A stretch of 64,000 nt of DNA from Burkholderiales bacterium (GTDB lineage: Bacteria > Pseudomonadota > Gammaproteobacteria > Burkholderiales > SG8-39), in contig DATBLP010000073.1 of the NCBI GenBank assembly GCA_036555245.1, forward strand, positions 3,659 through 67,658, read 5' to 3'. Both the position numbers and the translations under genes were made by a program. Positions 16,705 through 26,575 of this stretch are shown in pieces (position 1 is the first letter of the stretch; each line of letters starts with the position of its first letter). A model generated the notes under the pieces. That model had not been told where the DNA came from. It ran no database searches and was given only the letters and a program-made list of their open reading frames with translations.

Positions 16705-18822
16705 ATGCCCGAAAAAGCGAAGCTCCGGACGCCGGACCGCCTGGCCAAGATCGCAGGCATCGGCCTTTCCCTGTCCGCGGCTGCCCTCTATTTCTTCAAC
16801 GCGCCGCTGCTGGATGTCCTGGAATCGAAGACCTACGACATGCGCGTGCGCGCATTGCGCTCCTCTCCTCCGCGAGTAGTCACGATCGCCGCCGTCGACG
16901 AGCAGAGCCTCGCCAAGCTGGGCCGGTGGCCATGGAGCCGGGCGACCCTGGCAAAGCTCGTCGACCGCATCGACCGAGCGGGTGCGCGAGTCATCGCCTT
17001 CGATGTCTTCTTCCCGGAGCCCGAGTCGCCCGAAGCGGACGGCGAGCTTGCTCGTTCGATCTCCGGCGCGCGAAATGTCGTTCTGATGACCGTCTTTCTC
17101 CTCAACCGTGAGGAGGCCCGCCATCTAGGAAGCGAGCGTCTCCAAGGTGCGAAGCGCTTGATGGCCGCGCAGGCGATCGAGACCGCGCGGGAAGACGGCG
17201 GCGCTTCGAGCGCGCGATTCCCCATGACCGAACCGCAGGGCATTCTCGCCAACATCCCGATGTTGCAGCGGAGCGCCGCGTACACGGGGCACATCAACGT
17301 CCTGCCCGACACCGACGGCACGGTGCGGAGGGTCCCGCTCGTCTACCGCTACGACGGCCGTTACTTTCCATCCGCTGACGTGCAGGCGGCGCGGGCTTTT
17401 CTCGGTCGGGCGGGACTGGTCCTGCACACGGCCTCCTATGGAGTCACCGGAATCCAGATCGGTGAGCGCTATCTTCCGACCGATGAGGATGGCAGGCTGC
17501 TCGTCCGCTATCGCGGCAGCGCGGGGACCTTCAGCACCGTCTCTATCGCCGATATCCTCGACGGCACGGCGGACACGGCACTGTTGCGCGATCATGTGGT
17601 TCTGATTGGCACCAACGCACAGGGGATCGGCGACATCCGCGTCACCCCCTTCAGCACCGCCTTTCCCGGCGTCGAGCTGCGTGCGAGCGTCATCGAGAAT
17701 CTGCTGGAAGGCGCGGTGCTGCAGCGGCCCGAATGGATGTCGCTCGTCGACTTGATGGCGATGGTCCTCCTCGGATTTGTCCTGACGTGGCTGTTGCCCC
17801 GGCTCGGAGTCCCTGGCGGTGCGGCGCTTGCGCTGGCTGCAGTCGCCGCCTACCTGCTGGTCGCGGAGTACCTCTTTCAATTCGAGGGGCTCTGGCTCAA
17901 CGTGGTCTATCCGACCATCGTGGCCGCCTTGGTGTTCGCTTCCACCACCCTCGTGCGCTACTTCTACACGGAGTCGGAAAAGCGCCAGATCAAGGCTGCC
18001 TTTCAGTTCTACGTTCCGCCTGCGGTGGTCGAGGAGATTGCCGCCGACGTGAGCAAACTCCGTCTGGGCGGCGAGAAGCGCGACCTCAGCGTGCTGTTCG
18101 CGGACATACGCGGCTTCACGTCGATGTCCGAGGCGCTCCCTGCGGAGGATCTGGTGAAGCTGCTCAACGTCTACTTTACGGAGATGACCAACCAGATCTT
18201 CAAACACAAGGGCTCGCTCGACAAATACATCGGCGACGCGATCATGGCCATCTTCGGCGCCCCGATTCACGATGCCCAGCACCCGCGCCTTGCCTGCCGC
18301 GCGGCCCTCGACATGATCAAGTCGCTCGAGGGTCTGAAGGCGAGGTGGCGGCGGGACGGGCTGCCGGAGGTTGGCATCGGCGTCGGGATCAACACCGGCC
18401 CGATGATCGTCGGCAACATGGGCTCGGAGACCCGCTTCAACTACACGGTGATCGGCGATGCAGTGAATCTGGCTTCGCGCATCGAGTCGCTCAACAAGGA
18501 CTACGGCACGAGCATTCTCGTGAGCGAATACACATATGAACAGGTCAAGGACGAATTTCGGAACGCCCGTGAAATCGATCGAGTGCGGGTACGCGGGCGA
18601 ACTCAGGTCGTGGGGCTGTACGAGCTCATTCCGGAAGGACGCTATCCGGATCTCACCTGGCTGGGGGAGTTCGCGGCGGCCTACAGGCTGCGGCGGGGCG
18701 GCGACCCGGCGGGCGCCGCCGCACGCTTCGATGCGATCGCGGCTCGAGTGGGCGACCCGGTGAGCGCGTACCACGCGCGTGCCTGCAGGAAACCCTTTGA
18801 CCGCGAAGGCGACCGGCCTTGA
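16705..18822 (+). CDS. CHASE2-domain class III adenylate/guanylate cyclase
   Basis: N-terminal TM, CHASE2 (VDEQSLAKLGRWPWSR, AFDVFFPEP, DTDGTVRR, PGVEL), three TMs, cyclase FADIRGFT/DKYIGDA/GINTG/YTVIGDAVNLASR; Lys/Thr pair suggests ATP specificity. Confidence 0.92.
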   Translation: MPEKAKLRTPDRLAKIAGIGLSLSAAALYFFNAPLLDVLESKTYDMRVRALRSSPPRVVTIAAVDEQSLAKLGRWPWSRATLAKLVDRIDRAGARVIAFDVFFPEPESPEADGELARSISGARNVVLMTVFLLNREEARHLGSERLQGAKRLMAAQAIETAREDGGASSARFPMTEPQGILANIPMLQRSAAYTGHINVLPDTDGTVRRVPLVYRYDGRYFPSADVQAARAFLGRAGLVLHTASYGVTGIQIGERYLPTDEDGRLLVRYRGSAGTFSTVSIADILDGTADTALLRDHVVLIGTNAQGIGDIRVTPFSTAFPGVELRASVIENLLEGAVLQRPEWMSLVDLMAMVLLGFVLTWLLPRLGVPGGAALALAAVAAYLLVAEYLFQFEGLWLNVVYPTIVAALVFASTTLVRYFYTESEKRQIKAAFQFYVPPAVVEEIAADVSKLRLGGEKRDLSVLFADIRGFTSMSEALPAEDLVKLLNVYFTEMTNQIFKHKGSLDKYIGDAIMAIFGAPIHDAQHPRLACRAALDMIKSLEGLKARWRRDGLPEVGIGVGINTGPMIVGNMGSETRFNYTVIGDAVNLASRIESLNKDYGTSILVSEYTYEQVKDEFRNAREIDRVRVRGRTQVVGLYELIPEGRYPDLTWLGEFAAAYRLRRGGDPAGAAARFDAIAARVGDPVSAYHARACRKPFDREGDRP

Positions 18823-19023
18823 TTTGCCTGATCCGGCGGTCCGGCGGGATTCTTTTACCGTAATATTCTCAGCGCGTGTCGCTTGCCCCGGACAGATGAA
18901 GACACCGCATAGTGTAGACTTCCGTCGTACTATCTATGGCAGTTTCCGCCGTATTTCGGCATCCAGATAGATGATGTCGCTTGAGCGTGTGACCCGATAA
19001 ATGTCCACGGTGGCGCCGCGATC

Positions 19024-19893
19024 GTGACTCGCCACGGCCTCAGCTTCGATGTCGAGGATTGGCAGCAGCTTGTCGCCCTGCGTCTCGACGGAACGATCGG
19101 GGAGCCATCATCGGATATCGATGAATGTGTCCCTCGGATTCTCGACCTTTGCGAGCAGCTCGACGTAAAGGCGACGTTTTTCGTGCTCGGCATGCTCGCG
19201 AAAAGCCGGCCACGGCTCGTGCGCTCCATCGCGGCGCACGGCCATGAGATCGCAAGTCATTCGCTGAATCACAAGCTCCTGTACCGCATGACGCGTAGCG
19301 AGCTCCTTGACGACCTGCGTGGCAGCAAACGCCTTCTGGAGGATCTCGCCGGCGGCGAGGTGAAGGGCTTTCGTGCGCCGGAATTCTCAGTACAAGGGCT
19401 TGACAGCCCGTGTTTCGAGGCGCTGATCGAGGCCGGATTCACCTACGACTCGAGCGTGTTCCCGGTGCCGCAGCTACGGTATGGAGTCACCGGCGCTCCC
19501 CACTTACCGTTCGAAATCCAGACGCGTTCGGGTGTGCTAGTCGAGCTGCCCCTCGCGACTGCGCGAGTCGGCCCGTGGCGAATTCCCATCGCGGGCGGCA
19601 GTCATTTCCGTCTGCTGCCGACGTGGTTCGTGAAACAGGCCGCGAGTCGAGCGGACGAGCGCGACGAACCACTCGTGTTCTACTTCCATCCCTACGAATT
19701 CACGCGACGCTGGCTGTACGCAAAGGGTGGATTCGCTCGCAACCGCATAGTCGGCAAGTACGTAGCCCTTCACAATTTCGCGACGTGGCGGATCGAGCAA
19801 TCGCTGAGAGCCCTAAGTGAGCAGCTCGATTTTGTGCCGCTACGTGACCTGGCGGTGGCGAACGCGCGCTCCACCGGACGGACGCCGTCGTGA
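19024..19893 (+). CDS. Polysaccharide deacetylase (DUF3473/XrtA-associated type)
   Basis: SFDVEDW, ATFFVLG, HEIASHS, GFRAPEFS, YDSSVFP, YFHPYE. Confidence 0.88.
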   Translation: MTRHGLSFDVEDWQQLVALRLDGTIGEPSSDIDECVPRILDLCEQLDVKATFFVLGMLAKSRPRLVRSIAAHGHEIASHSLNHKLLYRMTRSELLDDLRGSKRLLEDLAGGEVKGFRAPEFSVQGLDSPCFEALIEAGFTYDSSVFPVPQLRYGVTGAPHLPFEIQTRSGVLVELPLATARVGPWRIPIAGGSHFRLLPTWFVKQAASRADERDEPLVFYFHPYEFTRRWLYAKGGFARNRIVGKYVALHNFATWRIEQSLRALSEQLDFVPLRDLAVANARSTGRTPS

Positions 19894-20549
19894 GCAAGCT
19901 GGAGGAGATCAAACAGCGCTTCGAATGGGACGCCGAGAGCTTCTCCGGCATCTACGGTGAGTCGTTCGTTTCGCGCTCGTTCAATCGGATCTTCCGCAGG
20001 GCAATTTTCGATCGCTACGAAACGACGATGACTGAAAGCGGCGATGTGCGCGACAAGTCCATCCTGGACATCGGCTGCGGGTCCGGGGTCTATTCAGTCG
20101 AGCTCGCGAAACGTGGTGCCGGGCGCGTGCTCGGGCTCGACTTCAGCGAACCAATGCTTGCGATCGCGCGAGCCTCGGCACGGAAATTCGGGGTTGCCGA
20201 TCGCATCGAGTTCGTGCGCGATGAATTCCTCGCGCATCACTTTGGAAATGAGCAGTTCGATGTCGCTATTGCCTTGGGCGTTTTCGACTACCTCGAGCAT
20301 CCCGGACCATTTCTTGCAAAGATGTCGAAGCTGACGCGTGGGACGCTGATCGCCTCGTTCCCGAAATTTTCATTGATTCGCGGCACTGCGCGGCGCTTGC
20401 GCTATCGGCTCACCGGGCGCGGTGACGTGTTCTACTATTCGCCGGAGAAGATCGGCCGGCTTGCGGAATCAGCCGGACTTCGCAGGCACCGTCTGGTCCG
20501 GATTGACTCGTCGGGTGGTGGCGCGATCCTCGTCGGTGACAACCGCTGA
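19890..20549 (+). CDS. Class I SAM-dependent methyltransferase
   Basis: ILDIGCGSG motif I, GLDFS; GTGA overlap with the deacetylase. Confidence 0.85.
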   Translation: MSKLEEIKQRFEWDAESFSGIYGESFVSRSFNRIFRRAIFDRYETTMTESGDVRDKSILDIGCGSGVYSVELAKRGAGRVLGLDFSEPMLAIARASARKFGVADRIEFVRDEFLAHHFGNEQFDVAIALGVFDYLEHPGPFLAKMSKLTRGTLIASFPKFSLIRGTARRLRYRLTGRGDVFYYSPEKIGRLAESAGLRRHRLVRIDSSGGGAILVGDNR

Positions 20550-20583
20550 CACCAGAATCCCCGGGGATCGGTCCGACGACAGA

Positions 20584-21573
20584 ATGAATTCTGCGCACCG
20601 ATTCATCGTGGCCGCCCCGCTTGCCGAAGGGACCGCGCGGGTAGGTCGCGATATGGGCCGCGCCATGGCCAAAGCCGGTCATCGGGTAAGCTTCTTCGAC
20701 TATGACAGCGGCCCCCCGTGGCTGCGGGCGGTGCCGAAGCCGTTGCGCAAGGAGTCATGGCGCCGTCGCTGGCTCGATTGCCTGAACGAGAGCGTGCTGC
20801 GCCTCGCCCGCGATGAAAGGCCTGACTTCTTTTTCTGCGTGAAGGGAGTGCAGTTCCGGCCCGAGACGATCCGGGCCATCGGGGATCTCGGAACCACCAC
20901 CATCGGCTACTGGATAGACGACCCCACCGACCACGAGCGCTCGCTCGTCAACGCGCGCAGCTATCAGATCTATTTCACCAACGACCTGGGCTCGGTCGCC
21001 CGTTACCGGGCGGAGGGCGTGGAACGAATCTATCATTTGCCCTCGTCCGCGGACACCGGGACTTTCCACCCCCTACCCCAAGCGGCCCCGGTTGCGGACG
21101 TCACTTTTGTCGGCACGCGTACTCCGCGTCGCGAGCCAATCCTCTACGCCGTGCAGGATTTCGACCTTCTCGTATACGGTCCGGGCTGGTGCAATTCCAC
21201 GCTCAGGAAATCGTGCGTCCGTCCGGAAGCGTTCGGAAGCAGGACCAATGAAGTCTTCAACCGCAGCCGGATCAATCTCAACGTCCACAACTGGACGGCA
21301 CCGGGCACCGCGATGAACCTGAGGCTTTTCGAGGTACCCGCGTCCGGCGGTTTTCTGCTTACCGATTGGGTCGCGGAGATTGATAGTGCGTACACCGAGG
21401 ACGAGCATCTCGTGTGCTGGCGGAGCGTAGAGGAGCTGCGCGACAAGATTGTCTATTATCTGGCGCACGATGCGGAGCGTCGGGAGATCGCCAGGCGCGG
21501 CCATGAGCATTTTCTGCGGCACCACACTTACGCCGCGCGCGTGCGGCAGCTGCTGGATTGTTCGACTGCCTGA
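20584..21573 (+). CDS. CgeB/DUF3880-like GT-B glycosyltransferase
   Basis: DVTFVGT, SRINLN, NLRLFEVPASGGFLLT, HTYAARV. Confidence 0.85.
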   Translation: MNSAHRFIVAAPLAEGTARVGRDMGRAMAKAGHRVSFFDYDSGPPWLRAVPKPLRKESWRRRWLDCLNESVLRLARDERPDFFFCVKGVQFRPETIRAIGDLGTTTIGYWIDDPTDHERSLVNARSYQIYFTNDLGSVARYRAEGVERIYHLPSSADTGTFHPLPQAAPVADVTFVGTRTPRREPILYAVQDFDLLVYGPGWCNSTLRKSCVRPEAFGSRTNEVFNRSRINLNVHNWTAPGTAMNLRLFEVPASGGFLLTDWVAEIDSAYTEDEHLVCWRSVEELRDKIVYYLAHDAERREIARRGHEHFLRHHTYAARVRQLLDCSTA

Positions 21574-21679
21574 TATCGGTCGCTTTAAGGGCGTCGCCGC
21601 TCGGGTGGGATTTTCTACTGTAATATTCAGTGCGCGCGTTCTCGCCGGGGACGCGCGAGCCGCACTCCGTCTCTGGGAG

Positions 21680-23638
21680 ATGCTCTTGGAAGAAGCTTCG
21701 ACCGATACGTTTCCGCGACTGCTGCTGAAGCAGGTGGAGATCCGTCCCGACCGTCCCGCCATCCGCGAAAAGGACCTCGGCATCTGGCAAAGTTGGACCT
21801 GGACGCAGGTCGTCGAGCGCGTGCGCGCGCTCGCCTGCGGCCTGGCCGCGCAGGGATTCAGGCGCGGCGACCGGCTCGCGATCATCGGGGACAACCGGCC
21901 TCGCCTGTACTGGTCGATGATGGCCGCGCAGGCTCTCGGCGGGATTCCGGTCCCGCTCTACCAGGACGCCGTTGCCGGGGAAATGGCGTTCGTGCTCGGC
22001 GACGCGGAGATCGAGTATGCCGTTGCCGAGGATCAGGAGCAGGTCGACAAGCTCCTCGAGATCCTGCCGCAGTGGCCACGGCTGCGCCGGATCTACTTCG
22101 ACGATCCGCGCGGCCTGCGCCACTACGCCCAGGCCGAGCTCATGAGTCTGGACAGCCTCGAGGCGATCGGGCGCGATTTCGCCGGACGTAATCCCGAATT
22201 CTTCCTCGACGAGATCGGCAAGGGCGAGCCCTCTGACGTGGCGGTCATCCTCTACACTTCCGGCACCACCGGAAATCCGAAGGGCGTGTCGCAGACGCAC
22301 GCCGCGATGATCCGCACCGCAGGAGTCCTGGTCGAGTTCGACGGCATCGGCAAGGGTGACGATCTCCTCTGCTACCTGCCGATGGCCTGGGTCGGGGATT
22401 TTCTCTACTCATACGCGCAGGTCCATATCGCCGGGTTCTGCCTGAACTGCCCCGAATCCCCGGATACGGTGATGACGGACCTGCGCGAGATCGGCCCGAC
22501 ATATTTTTTCGCGCCGCCGCGAATCTACGAGAACATCCTGACGCAGGTGATGATCCGCATCGAGGACGCCGGCTGGGTGAAGCGCAGGATGTTCCGCGCT
22601 TTCATGGGCGTCGCAAAGCGCGCAGGCATGAAGATCCTCGAGGGCAAGCCCGCGCCGCTCGTCGATCGCCTGCTCTACCGCTTGGGCGAGGTCTTCGTCT
22701 ACGGTCCGCTGAAAAACGTGCTCGGCATGTCGCGCATCCGCGTGGCCTACACGGGCGGCGAGGCGATCGGCCCGGACCTCTTCGACTTCTACCGCTCCAT
22801 CGGCATCAATCTCAAGCAGCTTTACGGAATGACCGAGACCTGCGTGACGGTGTGCATGCAGTCCTCCGGAGACGTCAGGCTTGACACCGTCGGGAGGCCG
22901 ATGCCGGGGGTGGAAGTGCGCATCGCGGGATCCGGCGAAGTGCTGGTGCGCTCGCCGGGGGTCATGAAGGAGTATTACCGGCGAGCGGACGCCACGCGCG
23001 AGGTGATCGACGCGGAGGGATTCTTCCACACCGGCGACGCCGGCTATTTCGACGCCGACGGTCATCTGAAAATCATCGACCGCGCCAAGGACGTAGGCAA
23101 GCTCGCCGACGGAACACTGTTCGCGCCGAAGTACCTCGAGAACAAGCTCAAGTTTTTCCCCTACATCAAGGAAGCCGTGTGCTTCGGCGATCGACGCGAG
23201 AAGGTCTGCGCTTTCGTCAACATCGATATGGCGGCGGTCGGAAACTGGGCCGAAAAGCGCAACCTGTCGTACACCGGTTACGCCGATCTCGCAGGCAAAC
23301 CGGAGGTGCGGGATCTGGTGCGCGAGTGCGTGGAGAAGGTCAACCGCGACCTCGCCGCCGATCCAGCGCTCGGCAACTCGCAGATCCGGCGGTTTCTCAT
23401 ACTGCACAAGGAGCTCGACGCCGACGACGGAGAGCTGACGCGCACGCGCAAGGTGCGGCGGCGCTTCATCGGCGAGAAATACGACTCGCTGGTGAATGCC
23501 CTCTACTCGGGCGAGGCGGGCTGTCATGTCGAGACGCAGATGCGCTTCGAGGATGGGCGCGCCGGAACCGTCTCGGCCGATCTCGCGATCGTGGACGCGA
23601 AGACCTTCGACGACGCCGCAGCCCGCAAGGCCGCCTGA
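21680..23638 (+). CDS. Long-chain acyl-CoA synthetase (AMP-binding)
   Basis: YTSGTTGNPKG, LYGMTE, FHTGDAG, IIDRAKD, ELTRTRKVRR. Confidence 0.9.
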   Translation: MLLEEASTDTFPRLLLKQVEIRPDRPAIREKDLGIWQSWTWTQVVERVRALACGLAAQGFRRGDRLAIIGDNRPRLYWSMMAAQALGGIPVPLYQDAVAGEMAFVLGDAEIEYAVAEDQEQVDKLLEILPQWPRLRRIYFDDPRGLRHYAQAELMSLDSLEAIGRDFAGRNPEFFLDEIGKGEPSDVAVILYTSGTTGNPKGVSQTHAAMIRTAGVLVEFDGIGKGDDLLCYLPMAWVGDFLYSYAQVHIAGFCLNCPESPDTVMTDLREIGPTYFFAPPRIYENILTQVMIRIEDAGWVKRRMFRAFMGVAKRAGMKILEGKPAPLVDRLLYRLGEVFVYGPLKNVLGMSRIRVAYTGGEAIGPDLFDFYRSIGINLKQLYGMTETCVTVCMQSSGDVRLDTVGRPMPGVEVRIAGSGEVLVRSPGVMKEYYRRADATREVIDAEGFFHTGDAGYFDADGHLKIIDRAKDVGKLADGTLFAPKYLENKLKFFPYIKEAVCFGDRREKVCAFVNIDMAAVGNWAEKRNLSYTGYADLAGKPEVRDLVRECVEKVNRDLAADPALGNSQIRRFLILHKELDADDGELTRTRKVRRRFIGEKYDSLVNALYSGEAGCHVETQMRFEDGRAGTVSADLAIVDAKTFDDAAARKAA

Positions 23639-23661
23639 GCGGGCCCCTCTGACAGACCGCC

Positions 23662-24444
23662 ATGGGGAAGACCGTCGGCGCGCCGATCCTCGAGGTCGAG
23701 GGCGTCTCGCTCTCCTTCGGTGGGGTCGTGGCGCTGCAGGCGGTTACGTTCGACGTCCGCGAGCACGAGATACGCGCCATCATCGGTCCCAACGGCGCGG
23801 GGAAGTCGTCGCTCCTCAACGTAATCAACGGCTTCTATCACCCGCAGCAGGGCTCGATCTCCTTCAAGGGCCGCAGGCGCCGCCAGGTCGATCCGCACGA
23901 AGCAGCGCAAGCTGGCATCGCCCGGACTTTCCAGAACATCGCGCTTTTCCGCGGTATGACGGTGCTCGACAATCTGATGACCGGGCGGACTCTGAAGATG
24001 ACATCCAATTTTCTGCAGCAGGCGCTCTACTGGGGTGCGGCACGGCGCGAGGAGCTCGAACATCGCGCCAAGATCGAGGAGGTCATCGATTTCCTCGAGA
24101 TCCAGCACATCCGCAAGACGCCGGTCGGGCGGCTGCCCTACGGCCTGCAGAAGCGCGTGGAGCTCGGACGCGCCCTCGCCGCGGAGCCGCAGCTGCTGCT
24201 CCTCGATGAGCCCATGGCCGGCATGAACCTGGAGGAGAAGCAGGACATGTGCCGTTTCATTCTCGACGTGAACGACCAGTTCGGCACGACCATCGTTCTG
24301 ATCGAGCACGACATGAGCGTCGTCATGGATCTCTCGGACCGCGTCGCGGTGCTCGACTACGGCCGCAAGATCGCCGACGGCGCGCCGGACGAGGTGCGGC
24401 GCGATCAGGCGGTGATCGATGCCTATCTCGGGGTCGCGCATTGA
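23662..24444 (+). CDS. Liv-type ABC transporter ATP-binding protein (LivG-like)
   Basis: GPNGAGKS, ARTFQN, LLLDEP, LIEHDM, AYLG. Confidence 0.92.
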   Translation: MGKTVGAPILEVEGVSLSFGGVVALQAVTFDVREHEIRAIIGPNGAGKSSLLNVINGFYHPQQGSISFKGRRRRQVDPHEAAQAGIARTFQNIALFRGMTVLDNLMTGRTLKMTSNFLQQALYWGAARREELEHRAKIEEVIDFLEIQHIRKTPVGRLPYGLQKRVELGRALAAEPQLLLLDEPMAGMNLEEKQDMCRFILDVNDQFGTTIVLIEHDMSVVMDLSDRVAVLDYGRKIADGAPDEVRRDQAVIDAYLGVAH

Positions 24445-24451
24445 GGGAGCG

Positions 24452-25411
24452 ATGACGCACCTGCTCTACAGCATCTTCGTCGACCCGTTCGTGCAGATGG
24501 GCGCGGCGCCCGATCTTCTGGCCCAAACGCTTTGGGAGGGCCTCGTCAGCGGCGTTCTGTACGCGCTCATTGCGCTCGGTTTCGTCCTGATCTTCAAGGC
24601 ATCGGGCGTGTTCAATTTCGCGCAGGGCATCATGGTGGTGTTCTCGGCGCTCACGCTGGTCGGCCTCAATGAGCACGGGGTGCCGGCCTATCTCGCTCTG
24701 GCGCTCACGGTTGTCGTAATGCTCGTTCTCGCCTTCGCCGTAGAGCGCGTCATTCTGCGACCGCTGGTCAACCAGCCCGACATCATCCTGTTCATGGCGA
24801 CCTTCGGGCTCACTTATTTCCTGATCGGTCTCGGCGAGCTGATTTTTGGCGGCGACCCGAAGGTCATGATCTCCGACCAGCTGCGCCTGCCGGGCGGGTC
24901 CTACCGTATTCCGATGCTCGGCGGATACGTGCAGATGCAGAAGATCGATATCGCAGCGACGGTCATCGCCTCACTCATGGTCGCTGCGCTCGCCATCATG
25001 TTCAACCGCACCCGGATCGGCCGCGCGCTGCGCGCCGTTGCCGATAGTCACAAGGCGGCCCTGTCGGTCGGCATCTCGCTCGAGCAGATCTGGGTCATCG
25101 TGTGGTTCGCCGCCGGCATCGTTGCGATCGCGACCGGCATCATGTGGGGCGCCCGCTCGAACGTCTCGTTCGCGTTGGAAATCATCGCGCTGAAGGCGCT
25201 CCCGGTCCTGATTCTCGGCGGCTTCACTTCCATTCCCGGGGCCATCATCGGCGGCATCATCATCGGCGTCGGCGAGAAGATCGGCGAGTTCTATTGGGGG
25301 CCTCTGCTCGGATCAGGGATCGAGAGCTGGCTCGCCTACGTGATTGCCCTCGTGTTCCTGTTGTTCCGGCCGCAGGGACTCTTCGGCGAGCGCATCATCG
25401 AGCGGCTCTGA
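24452..25411 (+). CDS. Liv-type ABC transporter permease (LivH-like)
   Basis: YALIALGFVLIF..NFAQG, GRALRAVA, RPQGLFG. Confidence 0.9.
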   Translation: MTHLLYSIFVDPFVQMGAAPDLLAQTLWEGLVSGVLYALIALGFVLIFKASGVFNFAQGIMVVFSALTLVGLNEHGVPAYLALALTVVVMLVLAFAVERVILRPLVNQPDIILFMATFGLTYFLIGLGELIFGGDPKVMISDQLRLPGGSYRIPMLGGYVQMQKIDIAATVIASLMVAALAIMFNRTRIGRALRAVADSHKAALSVGISLEQIWVIVWFAAGIVAIATGIMWGARSNVSFALEIIALKALPVLILGGFTSIPGAIIGGIIIGVGEKIGEFYWGPLLGSGIESWLAYVIALVFLLFRPQGLFGERIIERL

Positions 25412-25421
25412 GGGCAACCCG

Positions 25422-26498
25422 ATGCTCTATCGTGAAGTGGGCCAGTACAAGACGAGCTACGGCGCCGACCAGGCGCTGTTTCCGATCCTCCAGGACCGGA
25501 TCGGAATCGCCGTCATCCTGCTGCTTGCCTTCGTGGGCGTGCCGCTCACGGCCTCGAGCTTCACCATCGACTCGATCCTCATTCCGGTCCTGGTCCTCTC
25601 GCTTGCTGCGACCGGGCTGAATCTCCTTACGGGCTATACCGGATTGCTGTCGCTCGGCACCGGCGGCTTCATGGGGGTAGGGGCCTTCGCCTGCTACAAG
25701 CTGACGACTTTCTTCCCCAACGTGAACATCATCGTTCTGATCCTGTGCTCGGGATTCTTCGCGGCCGCCATCGGGACCGTGTTCGGGCTGCCGTCGCTGC
25801 GCATCAAGGGCTTCTATCTCGCGGTCGCGACGCTCGCGGCGCAATTCTTCCTGTCCTGGTGCTTCATCCGGGTCGCCTGGCTCTACAACTACAACGTCTC
25901 CGCCTCGATCGAAGTACCGACGAAAACCCTGTTCGGACTTGCCGTGACTGGACCGACGGCGTCGCCGGTGACGCGCTACCTGATCGTGCTGTCGATCGTC
26001 GCGCTCCTGACCCTGATGGCGGCCAATCTCGTGCGGGGCCGCATCGGCCGCACGTGGATGGCGGTGCGCGATATGGATCTTGCGGCGGAACTGATCGGGA
26101 TCAGGCTGTACCAGACCAAGCTCCTCGCCTTCGCCGTTTCCTCGTTCTATTGCGGGGTCGCGGGCGCGATGATGGTGTTTCTCTGGCTCGGCAACGCCGA
26201 GTCGGAGAGCTTCAATATCAACCAGTCATTCCTGATCCTGTTCATGGTGATCATCGGCGGGCTGGGCAGCCTGCTGGGCTCGTTTCTCGGCGCGGCGCTG
26301 ATCTGGGGGCTGCCGATCGTGCTGCGCGCTGCGCCGGCCTTCTTCGGCGTCAGCATACGGAGCGCGACAGCGGAGCAGGCCTCGTTCGTGATCGTGGGCG
26401 CGCTGATCATCTTCTTTCTGATCGTGGAGCCGCGCGGGCTCGCGCGGCTCTGGCAGATCGGGAAGCAGAAGCTCAGGGTGTGGCCATTCCCCTACTGA
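25422..26498 (+). CDS. Liv-type ABC transporter permease (LivM-like)
   Basis: GLNLLTGYTGLLSLG, LRIKGFYLAVATLA, IIGGLGS, EPRGL. Confidence 0.9.
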   Translation: MLYREVGQYKTSYGADQALFPILQDRIGIAVILLLAFVGVPLTASSFTIDSILIPVLVLSLAATGLNLLTGYTGLLSLGTGGFMGVGAFACYKLTTFFPNVNIIVLILCSGFFAAAIGTVFGLPSLRIKGFYLAVATLAAQFFLSWCFIRVAWLYNYNVSASIEVPTKTLFGLAVTGPTASPVTRYLIVLSIVALLTLMAANLVRGRIGRTWMAVRDMDLAAELIGIRLYQTKLLAFAVSSFYCGVAGAMMVFLWLGNAESESFNINQSFLILFMVIIGGLGSLLGSFLGAALIWGLPIVLRAAPAFFGVSIRSATAEQASFVIVGALIIFFLIVEPRGLARLWQIGKQKLRVWPFPY

Positions 26499-26575
26499 AG
26501 GCGTACACTGCCCGGGCGGTTCCGCTATCGAGGCCGGCGCAAGCCGCGTCGGCCACCAATGAGAAGGAGGAGAAA

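Noticed and set aside
14809..18774. Long antisense ORFs (14809-16611 plus, 17125-18774 minus)
   Set aside because: They mirror the real genes codon for codon; stop-codon scarcity explains their length
18823..19023. CRP site downstream of the cyclase
   Set aside because: Only a TGTGA half-site near 18988; no matching TCACA half
1..21600. Mobile element or genomic island boundaries around the accessory genes
   Set aside because: No integrase, transposase, tRNA or flanking direct repeats seen; composition looks similar to the rest by eye
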